Shown: positions 1 to 12,100, counted from the stretch's first letter. The stretch: DNA of 64,000 nt from Lama glama (GCA_028534125.1 CM052837.1:36456001-36520000); one strand, 5' to 3'. Translations and numbers: made by a program. The notes: generated by a model not told the origin, from the letters alone.

Positions 1-7
1 TAATTAC

Positions 8-141
8 CTGCTTCTCCAACACCTGCAACTGCAGGTAGGGGGGCGCCTGGACCCGGCCCAAGTGGAAGATGAGGCCGGTGGCTGTCTGGGGCCGCACCTC
101 CAGCTGCAGGCCCACGTCAGGCAGCGTGGCCCCCAGGCTGT
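8..141 (-). CDS. LAMA5: LAMA5 exon 77 (LG5)
   Basis: [44 protein letters not shown], donor GTAATT; 134 nt. Confidence 0.94.
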
Positions 142-3100
142 CTGTGGGGAGGGGCCGTGAGAGGAGGAAGGCCTCAGCCCCAGGCCCCTCCCCTTCTGGG
201 CATCGCTCCCACCCCCGCCTCCCCAGACCAGGAACAAGCAGGTCTGGGGACACCAGTGCTGGACAGACCTAGAGTGACGCTTCCCCCGCTGCCAGCAAAG
301 AACAGGCCCTTCTCCAGAGGACCTGAGAAGCAGGGTGTGACCCCCACCATCCGCGTGGGGGCCCCCAGGAGCTGCCCGTCCAACCTCAGTCTCTTCACAC
401 AACCACTGAACCCGGAGCTGCTGAAGGCCACCTGCGGGGCACAGAGGGGTGGGCCAGGTCACGTCCCTGGGGAGCCGAGGAGGGCGGACAGCGTCCAGTT
501 GGGCCGGGGAGAGGCTGCGGGCGGTGGTTCTCACTGGGAGCTTGGGGCTGAAGCCGCTGGCAGGGAGGCCCCCCACAAAGAGAGTATGGGGCCGGGGGCC
601 CTCCTCCCCCTGGTGCTGCTGGCCTGGCTCCTCCTGACTCCGGGCCCAGACCCCGTCCGTCACCAGCTGGATCCGAGTCTTCTCCCAGCGCACAGACACC
701 TGGGGGTGGGGAGAGGCATGTCAGGGTGGGAGCTCCGGCGCCCTGCCCGTTGCCCAGCGCTCCTCGGCCCCTCACCCTATGCCACCGGCCAGCCCGTGAA
801 CGCTGGCGGCTCTGGACGTGCAGCTGGGGCCCTGGGCCATCTGTCCGAGCGACGAAGCGTCCATGGCTCAGGAAGAGGACCAGGGAGGGGCTGCGGGCAG
901 TCAGTGGGGTGGCGAGGAGCAGGAGCCCTTGGGGGGCGAGTGGGCGGACAAGCATCGAGACCTGGGACCTGGAAGCCAAGCAGGGCTGTCAGCCTGGGAC
1001 GGCCCGTCCGCACCCACCCCACCCGCCCTGCCCTGCCCGGCCCTACCAGTCCCCAGGGGGCGCTGGGATGTGTGCAAACTCCAGGTGACTGGACAGGTGG
1101 CCCCCAAACTGGTAGGCGTCTCGAATGGTCCTGAGGGGGCGGGTTGGCGAGCAGGCAGGGTCCTGGGCGGGCTGCCGGCTGCGGCGGGAGGCCTGGGGGT
1201 TGGATGGAGACGCAGGGGTGCGTGGAGGCCACCTTCCACCCGCCCCAGCTCTGGCGCACACCACCCCGCACCCCACCTTCCGAGCCGCGGTGGCCCGCAG
1301 TCCTCTCGGGCCCTGCTCCAGGGCCTGGGGTGGGGCGGCCGGGGAACAGCCTGAGCTCACGTTGAGACCGCCCAGGTTCTGCTGCAGGTCAAACACGCGC
1401 TGCGGCCCCTTGAGCCTGCGGAGGGCAGGGGTCAGTGGCCGGCAGCAGGCAGCGGGGTGGCCACCAGCCCTGCCTCGATGCCTGCCCCGCTCACCGCAGC
1501 AGGAACACGTTGCTGATGCAGCCACTGAAGTTCCGGATGGTGTCGGCCTCAGGCCAGCCTCCCAGGAGGAGGCGAGGGGCCCCCGTGGGCTGGGGTGGGG
1601 GTGGGGGCCGCAGCCCCCGGTGGGGCTTCATCTGTTGAAGCTGGTCGTCCACGTAGAGCCAGACCCTGGGGGGGAGCAGTGTTTCCCCCGTCCTGCCCTC
1701 AAACCTGCAAGCTGTCCCCAAGGCCCCCAGCTCTGCTGCCCCCTCCCTGGAGACAGCACTGAAAGGCCAAGCAGGCTGGACTCACCCTGAGGCATTGCTG
1801 TAGAACGTGACATAATGGGGAGACCCGTCGGCGAAGCCCCCTCGCGTTTTCACCTCGGTCCTCAGAAGCCGGAGTGTCATGTGGCCCTGCTGCAGGGACA
1901 CCTCGCACGACCCATCCTGGGGACAGCGGCCAGGTCAGCAGGCTGGGGGGCCCAGACTCTGTCCTCCACCGCCCGAGACCCACCCTGCTGCTGCGGCCAG
2001 AGTGGCGGGGCGGACGCACCGGGGACGCTCGGTGGTAGAGCAGCCCACTGTCCTGGGTGCTGCGGAAGCCGAAGCCGGAGTAGACGTCGCCCGTGAGGGG
2101 CGCCAGGTCGCTGGGGAGAGCCAGGGGCAGGAAGCCGTGGCCGTGGAAAGTCATGGCCCGTCCCACCTGCAGGGAGGGGAGGGGAATGACCGTGAGGCCC
2201 GCGGCTGGAGAGGGCGGCGCCGCCAGCCAGCCAGCCGGGCAGGGTGGCTCACCAGCAGGTCTGCGGTGCAGCCGGAGCTGATGCCCGTGGTGTTCAGCCT
2301 CTTGAGGTCCACGTACTTGCCCAGAGCTTTGATGCCCTTGATGCAGCCACGGATGGAGCCTCCGGAGGGGAAGAGCCGCAGCAGACTGCAGGATGGTGGC
2401 AGCAGGGTGAGCGGCAGGGGTCGCCTCCCGGGCCCCGCCCCCCACCCCCAGGGCCGGTGCTTACCTCGGGGGCAGCAGGCCGGGCGGCACCCCCCCCAGG
2501 TAGTAGGCGTCGGCCAGCTCCAGCGAGTTCTCCTGCTCCACGCTGAACACCGTGGTCCTTTCCACGCGCACCAGCACACGCTTCCGGCTGCCCCCCAGCA
2601 GGAACACCTGGATCTGTAAGGCACCGGTGCAGGGGCTTCAGGTGAGCCATGACCGCCTCACCTGCCAGTCCTCCCCGCCCACGTCCTGCCCTCCCGGACC
2701 CCGGCCTTACCGCCTTGCTGGTCGTGGTCAGAGGAGGCAGGGGCTGCATCGGGACGGCCTCCTTCAAGCCCGCACCGAAGTCGTAGAGGAGCACGAGGCT
2801 GCCTTCCTGCACGGCCAGGCACAGGAACTGGTCCTGGGGTGAGGGGCGGGGCACAGGTCAGTGCGGGGAGGGGCGGGCCGGCCGGGCAGTGTGGGCGTCG
2901 GACGTGCCTGGTGCTGCAGGAAGAAGATGACCCCGCTGTAGGACACGAGCCGCAGCTCCTGCTCGAAGCGCTTGGTGTTGCTGATCTGACTCTCCACGCT
3001 GATGCGGGCGAAGCCGGAGCCATCCAGGTAGGAGCCGTCTGTGAGCCACGGGTCCCCGGTCGACTTGGAGCTGTGGCCAGAGGTTGCAGGGTCAGCGAGG

Positions 3101-6100
3101 GCGGCCTGGGCGGGGGCGAGGGTCGGCTCAGGCCGCACGTACCGGGCACAAGGCTTATCCACGGCCGTGTCCAGCTGGAAGGTCTCCTCGAAGTTGTAGA
3201 GACTGACCACGTCTTCGTTGAGCGTGTCCAACTCGATGCAGCCCCGGTAGCCAGGAAAGCGGAGGGGTTCGGGGGGCTGCGGGCACGGCGTGCGGTCAGG
3301 GCGCCGCCCCAGCCAGGACGGACCCAAGGGGAGGAACCCAGGCTGCCGCAGGCGGACTGGAGCCAGGCACCAAGTGCACTTGCCGGGCCGGGGGCGCAGG
3401 GTGGGGCGGCTCACCGAGAAGCTGCTGGGGTAGCCCCCCACGTAGAAGACGAAGTCGTCGGGCTGCAGGCTGAGCAGCCCTTCCGCCCCCGGAGCCACTG
3501 TGTCGCCCTTGGTCTCCTGCACCACCTGGTCCTCCACCGTGACAGACATGTGGCCAAACTGCAGGGTCCTGAGGGCAGAGGTGAGAGGACGCGGGGTGGA
3601 CGGCCAGCCCTGCCAGGCGGCAGGGCGAGCGCTGTGGGGGCCGTGCACGGGGCCGGGCCTCCCACCTGTCGATGCTGACGGCTGCGAACCGCTCCCCGAT
3701 GTCTTCATCGATGCTGAGGGCCGCAGGGCCCGCCCCCCCGAGGCGGTACACCCACTGCACCTTCTGGTCCCGCAGAGCCACCCCCATGTAGTCGCCAGTG
3801 GCCTAGGGCAGCAGCAGGAGACTCAGTGGGACGAAGCCCCAGCACGGCCCACTCTCTCCGACCTGCTGCCCGGCGCCGCCAGCCCGCCGAGCCCGCCCAG
3901 TACCTGGCGGCCGCCCATGTACAGCACAAACTGGTCCCCGGCGGCCTGGCCCGAGGCCGGCTGCGGGCTCTGCAGGTAGAACCTGAGAGCAGTGTAGGCC
4001 GCAAGGTCGCTGAGGTCGCGAGGGGCGCGTAGCCGCACCCCTGAAAGCCCGTTGAACTTCATGGGCACCTTGACCTGCGGGGAGCACACGGCCTGTCAGC
4101 GCCACCTCCTGGCCTCCCGGAGGCCTGCCTCGCCTGGCACTCGCGCCCACCTTGCTGGCTGCGCCCCGGGCCTGGGCAATGAGCTCCCGCACACGGCCGA
4201 TGCTGGCGGACAGGGCCAGGCTGGCGTTGCGCGCCCCGCGGTCCTGCAGGAGGCTCAGCGTGGTCAGCAGCTGCGGCAGCGTCTTCTCCAGGGCTGACAC
4301 TGCAGGGGGGAGGGCGGCCCTGAGAGCCGGGCCTCCCCACCCTGGCCCGCCTGCTCGCAGGGCACCGAATCCCAGGGCCCACCTGAGCGGCCTGCGTCCA
4401 GCATCACCTGGCCCAGGTCCTGGCTCCGCAGGCCCTGGTACTGGCCCTGCCACCGCTCCACAGTTTCCTGCATGTCGTGAAGCTGGGACTGCACGCGGGC
4501 AGCTGTGTCCTGGGCTTCGGCGGCCACGGCCTTGGCATGGGCGATCTTCTTGCTGGTCTCGTCTGTGGTGGGCGGTGCGCAGGCTCAGTGGGGACAGGGG
4601 AGAGCCATCCTGGTCTCATCCCCGTCTGGGGAGACCACTGAGACCCCCTTGTCAGGACCAGCAAGAGGGACACACCCCACAGGTCTTGTGAGAACCTCAG
4701 AGCAGTGGACAACGTCCCCTGCCAGACGGTCCCTCCTCCATGCTGGGGACTCTGGCCAGAGCTGGGTCACCCTGGGCCTGCCCAGGTCAGCTCAGCCTCA
4801 TCCCCCCACGGCCACCACTGCCCCCTCAGCATTTCTCCTGAGGCCCTGCCAGAGTCCTCAGGGCCGCCACTCCAGATTTGCTGGGAGTGTCCACCCTCAA
4901 GTCAGCAGAGATCCCTCCTAACCTGGGCCAGATGCACCGCTCCTCTGCCCTAAGCCCTCCCAGGGCCCCCACACCCCAGTCACCCCAGTGCCCTTGGCTC
5001 CAGCCACACCGGCCTCCGCCCCTCCACCTCCCTGCTTGCCGGCTGACTGCACCCTCCCCAGACGCCCCCAAGGTCCCTGCCGCACAGCCCCCGCGGGTCC
5101 TGTGTTATTTCTCTCCCAGCACCTCTTGTCCCTCCTGGTCTTCACTCGCTACCTGGGGCTGCTCTGTTGGGTATGTCTCCCAACCAGAGGCAGGTTCCCA
5201 AGGCTGGGGCCCCCCCCAACAGGAGCCCCTCAGCTGCCCTGGCCACTGTTCCGGACAGTGTGTGCACACACGCCCTTGCATAAAAGCCCTACTGGACGGT
5301 GCCCGCTGGAGGGCTATGGGGATGAGCAGTGAGGCCAGCATGGGGAGAAGACCCAACACACCTGTGTCCATGGCCAGCATGGCCTGTACCTCCTGGACTC
5401 GGGCTGCCAGCTGCTCCTTCCTGGCCCGGGCGTCACGGAGCTGGGTCCCGGTGCCCTGGAGGGTGGCCCGCGCTGCGGGGGAGGCAGCCTCAGCCCCAAG
5501 AACCCCCGCCCCCAGGATACAGGTGTGGCCCACTGCAGCCCTCCTGACCAGGGAGGACCGGCCCACGTGCACATAGACGGAGACATGCGGACACAAGAGG
5601 CCTGGGCTCGGGGAGGTGCTGGCACCCTGAGGCTCGTGGTCCCACAGCAAATGTAATTACGCTTTTTTTATGGATGAACACAATGGAGGCTCAGAAAAAC
5701 CAAGCCACTTCCAGCCACCAGCGTGCTGAGGTCCTAGCAGCAGAGGGAGCAGCCCCACCCTCACTCCTCGCCTGCCCCTCCTTGACAGCCCAGCATGCAC
5801 ATGGGCCCAGCCAGGACGGCAGGAAAACTGTCAGTGGGTCCCCATGTCCTCATCCTGGGGACCCGGCACAAAGCCCTGGGGTGGGGAGGGGGCTTTGCAG
5901 GGCTCCCAGGGGCGAACTTGAAGGGTGGTGGGGAAAATTCCCACGCAGGGCAGCCACCACCCTGACTCACACAGTGACAACCACAAACCCCATACCACGC
6001 GGCTGGAGAGTGAGGGTCCCCACAGCGCCTGGACACCCAGGTGGACCGGGCACTCACCAAGGCCCAGCCTCCGCTGCTCCCCCAGGACGGCCTCCTCCAG

Positions 6101-9100
6101 GGCACTGCTGTTGGCAAGGAGCTCCCGGGCTCGGGGCGCCAGGCCCTGCTGCACCACCATCTACAGACGCGGGGACAGAACGCAGGTCACACCTGCCTGG
6201 TGGGGTGGGGGGCATCAGGGGCTCCTCGGGGCAGCAGGGAGGGTGGGGCCTCACCGCCCACGTGTGGCTGGCCTGCTGCTGCGCCTGCCCAGCTGCGCCC
6301 GCGGCGGCCTGCACTGCCTGCAGAATGCTGCTGTAGGTGTTGGCAGCCTCGACGGCCCGCTGGATGAAGCGGTCCCGGTTGACTCCGAGGATGATGCTGT
6401 ATGGAGAGATGGGGAGGACCCGAGGCCGTGGGGTGGGGGGCGCTCAGTGCGTCCCATGGGCCTCCCGCCCTCCCAGCTGCTGGGCCAGCTGGCCAGCAGC
6501 TCCAAACCCCCAGCCTTGGCTCATGCCCTTCTGCTGCCCCGTGTCCCTCTCCTGCTTTCTGCCAGCCTGGGCCTGCAGGGACAATGACCTCTCCTAGGAG
6601 CCTTCCCAGACCAACCGCGGCCCCTCCAGGCCCTGGCTGCCCTCCAGGGCACCCTCTTTGGGCTCTGTACCTGGACAGATTGAACGCCAACTGGTCCAGC
6701 TGCTGTGCGTGGGCCTCAGCAGCCTCCACCAGATCCACCTTGCTGCTCGCGGGGGAGAAGGCTCGCATCTTCTCCAGCAGCGGCGTCCGGGCCCCGTCCA
6801 GGCTGGCAGCGAGGTGCTCGTACTCCTGAGGGTGGGTGGGCTTAGGTGGGACCTTCCTCTTTTACTCACTCCCACCTGATCTGGAACCCCAGGGGCCACA
6901 CTCTGCATGCAAACCAGTGCCTGAACACGCCTGGTGCACAGCCCTGGGAGGGGTGGCGCTCACCTCCTTGGCCCGGTCCATGCCATGCAGAAGCTCAGAG
7001 AGCTGGGCTAGGGTATCTCTGGCGGCCTGCAGAGTGGCCCCCAGGGTGGCATTGTCTCGGGACAGCTCCTGCTTCCGTTGCTGGAGGTGATGGGGAGTGA
7101 GGAGGTGGTGACAGAACAGAGGAGAGATGGGGTAAACAGGGAGGGGGCGGGGGAGGGGATGATAGGGGAAGGGAGGGTGATGGGGAGGGGTCATGGGGAG
7201 GGGGATCATGGGGATGGGTGGTGGGCAGGGGGAGGGGATGATGGGGGAAGGATGGGTGATGGGGAGGGGGATCATGGGGGTGATGGAGGAGGGGTGAGGA
7301 CAATGAGGGAGGGGAGGATCATGGGGGGGAGGGGGGGACTAGGCCAGGCCAGGCTCCCTACCAGGGCCTCCTCCAGGCGCTCCTGGTTTCGGCTGTTGAG
7401 CTCCTTGGCCTCCCGAGTGGTGCCCACCGCCCGGTTCAGAGCCTCCCGCAGGTCCATGAGGCCGGCCTCATGCTGGGCCAGCTGGTCTCGGGTGCGCGCC
7501 ACCAGCGCTTGGTTCCTCTCCCAGCGTGTGGTCAGCTGCTCCTGCACTCGGGCCAGCACTGGTCGAGACCCAGCACAGGAAAGGTCACACGGGCAGTGAC
7601 CCTGGAGCCTGGCTCCCAAGCTGACGTGATACCCCTCCACGCTGCCCTCAGCCCCAGGGCTCCCTCCCCGTCTCTGCCCTGCTGGGGCTGACACACTCAC
7701 ATCTCTGGGCCTCCCCCAGCTCAGTCTCAGCAGCTGCCCGCGGAGCCCCCAGCTCACGGGCCCGCATCTCCCGGAGCAGCCGCTCCACCTCGGCCAGGGT
7801 CCGGCGTAGCTGCTCGCCCGAGGGGACCGAGGCATTGGCTGGTGACAGGCGGTCTGCCTGAGACTCGAGCTCTGTGCGGGTTTGGGGAGGGGGATGTCAG
7901 GGCCCAGGGCTGGCCTGCTGCCTGGGCAGACCCCTGCCCACTAGCTTCCAGGCCGGAAACCCCTGCCTGAGCATCTCTGGACGACCACATGTAACCCGGC
8001 ATGCCCAGAACAGCTCCCAGCGCTCCTGGCTCAAGGCCATGACTTCTAGGCCTGCCTGGCCCCTCCCCCACACCCCTCCCCCTCACAGCCCCCACCCTAA
8101 CACCCCTGCTGCCCACCTGCTCAGCCTGCTTCCTGGCCTCCTTGCCTACCCACCCCTCCTCCCAGTCCAGCACTCAGCTAGAACTTCACTTCCTTCTGGG
8201 CCCCTGGGCTGTGCCTGGTCCTCCAAGTCCCCTCTTGGTGACACGCCCCAGGTTGTAACTCAGTTTCACCCTTGCGTTTTCTTAGGGAGGCAGGGGACCT
8301 GCGAGGGGACACCGGCCCATTTCGCAGGGTCTGCCTGTCCTCTGGCCCTGGCCACACTGGCCACCTCTCCCACCTTCCAACCCTGACCTGCTGTTCACAT
8401 GGTCAAGGTACCGTCTCTGTATCCACACATCCAACCCTGCCAGTTCTTCAAGGCCAAGCCCCTGAAGGCATGAGCCCCTGCTCTGAGCCCTGAACACCAT
8501 TCTGCCCAACTCTCCCCTGCCCCTGCCCAGCCGGGCCAGCCCCTACCGCTCAGGGCGCGGTCCACAGCCTGGATGGCTACCAGCAGTGTCTGTGCCCGGC
8601 CCAGTGTGGCCTCGGTGCTGTCCAGCAGCTGGCCGGCCTGAGCTCGAGCCCCTGCAGCCTGCGGATGAAGTACCTGCTCAGCCTTCACTCCCTGCTGGCC
8701 GGGGGGAGGGCTGGGGGCCTGGGGAGGGGCCTTGAGCCTGAGGTGAGGGTCAGAGGTGACACTGCACGGTTTGGGGCCTGGGGAGAGGGGCCTCTGGGGG
8801 AGGAGTCTGCTGAGAGGGAGAGTCGTCAGGGGAGGGGTTTCCTGGAGGAGAAGCATTCCAGGGGGTTCTGGGGCAGGAGTCCCCAAGGGCCTGCCTGGCC
8901 ATCCAGCCGCTGTGTGTCCTGCCCGAGGCTTGAGGTCTGTCGTTCCAAGGCCTCCAGCTGCAGTGCGGTCTCGTGGTGGAGGCCCGAGGGGCTCCGGAGC
9001 TGGCTCTGAGGGGAGGGGAAGGTGAGAGCCTGCGACCTGAGAAGGGGAGGCTGGGGCCGGGCTGTGCAGTACCTGCAGATCGGCGATGGAGGCGTCCAGC

Positions 9101-12100
9101 CTGTGCAGCCGGGCCCAGGCCACGGAGCTGGCGTTGATGCCACGCAGCTGCTCGCGGATGGCGGGGAGGAGCGCTCCGGCCCGCTCCAGGTCATCCAGGA
9201 GCAGAACCACACAGTGGTCACACACTGCGAGCAGGGGGGCAGGTTGGCATGGGGTTAGGGATCGGTGTGGGGCCAGGGAAAGTCACAGAGTTGGCGTGGT
9301 GCAGATGGGTCATTGGGGATCATGGTGGTGAAACAGGGATGCTAAGCTGAAGGTGACAAGGTCAGTGGGGATCAGAGATCAGTGTGTGGGTCCCAGGGTC
9401 AACGTAAGGATGGGATGTGGGGCCCCTCAGAAACTGAGATGGGGAACTGGGGCCACAGGACTCCTCTGGAAGTTGAGGTTAACATACAGGTCACCAGGCC
9501 AGCACAGAGCTGGGACCCACACTCCCCCAGGTGGAGCTGGGAGGGCCGGGTGTTGGCAGGGGGCAGGTGGGCGGCGGGGGGAGGCTCACACCTTCGCAGT
9601 GTACGCCGTGGCCCCCAGGCCTCCCTGGCACGGGCACCTGGTGCTGCTGGCTACAGGTGTCACAGCGCTCCCCACTGAGCCCAGGGGGGCACGTGCAGTG
9701 GCCTGTATGCAGGTCACAGTGGCCCCCCTGGCACTGGCAGCCTGGGGTGGGAAGGGTGGGGTGAGTGGCAGGCTGAGGGCCCTGGGGTACTCACCACCCC
9801 GAGGTGCCCCACCCACCCACACTCACGCTTGCAGCCCTGCTCAGGGACGCCCCAGTGGCCGGGGGCACACTCGCGGCACTGGGGCCCCCCAGCCCCTGGC
9901 CGGCAGTGGCACTGCCCACTCTGGGGGTCGCACTCGGAGCCCTCGGCGGCTGGTCCACAGGCGCATGGACGGCAACCCCCACAGCCCTCAAAACCAAAGT
10001 GTCCTTCCTGTAGGCACAGACAGCAGTCACGGCTCTGCCCAACCCTCGAGACCCAGCCTCCTTCAGCCCTGAGCCCTGCCCCATACCCAAGCCCCACCCC
10101 TCCAGCCATGAAGCCCCACCCCCAGCCATGAAAGCCCCACCCCATCCATGCAGGGCTACCTGACAGCGGTCACAGCGTGGCCCTGTCACACCCGCCTTGC
10201 ACAAGCAGTGCCCACTGTGGGGGTCACAGGCCTCCGTCCCACACGGGGAGCAGTCACACCCTGCAGAAGGGGGAGCTGTAACCACAGCCCTGACCTCCAC
10301 CCCAGCCTTTTTCCTCCCACCCCCTACGCCTGTGGGCTCCTACGCCACGCCAATCTCCATCCCGCCCCAAATGAAGCCCCTAGACCCTCACTGTTCTCCA
10401 CCTTCCCCGTTCCACCTGGGTCCAGACCACACAGCTGCCTGCTCACTGTCCCCCCCACCGCCCCTGCCCCATGCCTTCTGCCCAGTAGCCTGGGCTCAAC
10501 CAGAGGTCCTGCCAGCCCCCTCCTGGTGACGCCCTCCCGCAGGAGTAGCCAAAGTCCCAGAGTGACCCTCAGCCTGGCCATGGGGGTGTCTGACCATGAG
10601 CCCCAGCATGGGACACAGCCTGCTCCTGGGGGACACCCATGGGCCCCCCGCCCTCCCCGCCTACGGGTGCAGTTGCCAGGCAGCAGGGCGTTGCCGTAGA
10701 AGCCGGGGGCGCAGCTCTCGCAGCGGGGCCCGGTGGTGTGGCGCAGGCAGCCACGGCAGGCGCCCGTCAGGGGGTCGCAGTCACTGAAGAGCATGTTGGG
10801 ATCGCCATTGCCGCTGCAGTCACAGGGCTGGCAGGAGCTGCCTAGCACCAGCGGGTTCCCAAAGAAGCCAGGAGCGCACCTGGGGGAGGCGGCGTCTGTA
10901 GTCTGTGCCGGCCTGGGTGCGCAGTGCCCACACCCCCCCAGGCCCGTCCACGCACGCAGTGCCTCCCCCCCTCCGGCCCCCAGCGGGTTCCCGAAGAAGC
11001 CGGGGCACACCTGGGGGGAGCGGAGTCTGTGGCCTGTGCCGGCCTAGGCGCGCAGTGCCCGCCCCACCCACCGCCACCCCTACCCTGCTCACCGCTCGCA
11101 GGAGGCCCCAGCATAGCCCGGTTTGCAGAGACACTGGGTGCGGCCACCTCGCAGGATGCAGCCCATGGCGAAGCTGCAGAGACGGAGGGGGTTGTTACAC
11201 ACCTGCACACCCTAGGTGAGCACCGTTGTGTACTCGGGCTAGGCCAGATACCAGGTGTTGGGGGTCCCCTCCTCATGGACCCCCAGCTGTCCTGGCCTCC
11301 ACAGAGAATGAGCTTCTCTACCAGGCAGGGGATGGTGGCCTTCTATCCCGGGTCTATGAGGACTTTTGGCTCCAGCCAAGGGTCGGGACCCCGGAGGGGT
11401 GGCCCAGCTTACTTGTTGGAAGGCACAGCAAGGGGGCAGGGGCAGCTGACGCAGGGGACCGCGGGGTCCTCCGACCCACCACGCACGAAGCCGTCCTGGC
11501 AGTGCTCACAGTGGTCGCCCTCTGTGTTGTGCTGGCAGCCCTGGGGCAGAGGGGACAGGTCAGCACTGACAGGAGGCCCCGCTTCCCACCAGCAGGGCCT
11601 GGTCAGCTCCCTCTGCAACCCTGTGGGGCTCTACGCCCAATGCCAGGGGGGCCCCACTTGGGTTCTGCCCCCCCGACCTCAGTATATCCACAACTGCTAA
11701 CCCAGAGGCCCTCCGGTCTTCCCTAGTCTGTGCATTTCGTGGCTGCCCTACCCTGCAGGGTCCCCACTCACCACGCAGACGCCTGAGCCAGGGAGGCAGC
11801 GGTCCGAGTGGCCGTGGCACTGACAAGGGACGCAGCGACCCAAGAAGAGACCTTTGACGTCCCGGTAGTAGCCAGGGGCACATTCCTGGGGGGAGGCATC
11901 AGGGATCAGGAAAGGGGGCAGGGCCAGCCCGCTGCGGGGGCAGGCCAGGGGCCACCACAGGTCAGCCCCTCAGGGGTCCTGACGCTGGCTAGCGGAAGGC
12001 ACAAGGTCACAGCCCACGAAGCTGCATGGATGCTCTGGCTCAGGCGACCACTCTCTTTCCCCACGGGCCAGGGCCATCCTCTTTCTTCTCCAGACACCCC

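Noticed and set aside
157-1134. Long + strand ORFs antisense to LAMA5 (e.g. 325 aa at 157-1134, 319 aa at 19899-20858, 279 aa at 2839-3678)
   Set aside because: Pro/Gly/Ala/Arg-rich with no recognisable domains; expected from high GC and antisense-to-coding shadow.
4585-4640. Acceptor-like CCCCAG|ACGGGGATGAGACC upstream of exon 59, resembling its start, inside a small hairpin
   Set aside because: Similarity is too short to call a duplication, and it hits an in-frame TGA at 4585-4587.
6820-6828. NAGNAG acceptors (CAGGAG) at exons 55 and 37
   Set aside because: GAG is a very poor acceptor, and nothing in the sequence suggests it is used.
10324-11010. ORF suggesting an in-frame extended exon 45 with [10 protein letters not shown] twice
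   Set aside because: It is open only from a GTG in the wrong splice phase. Splicing exon 44 to 11010 is out of frame, so no repeat-containing protein results.
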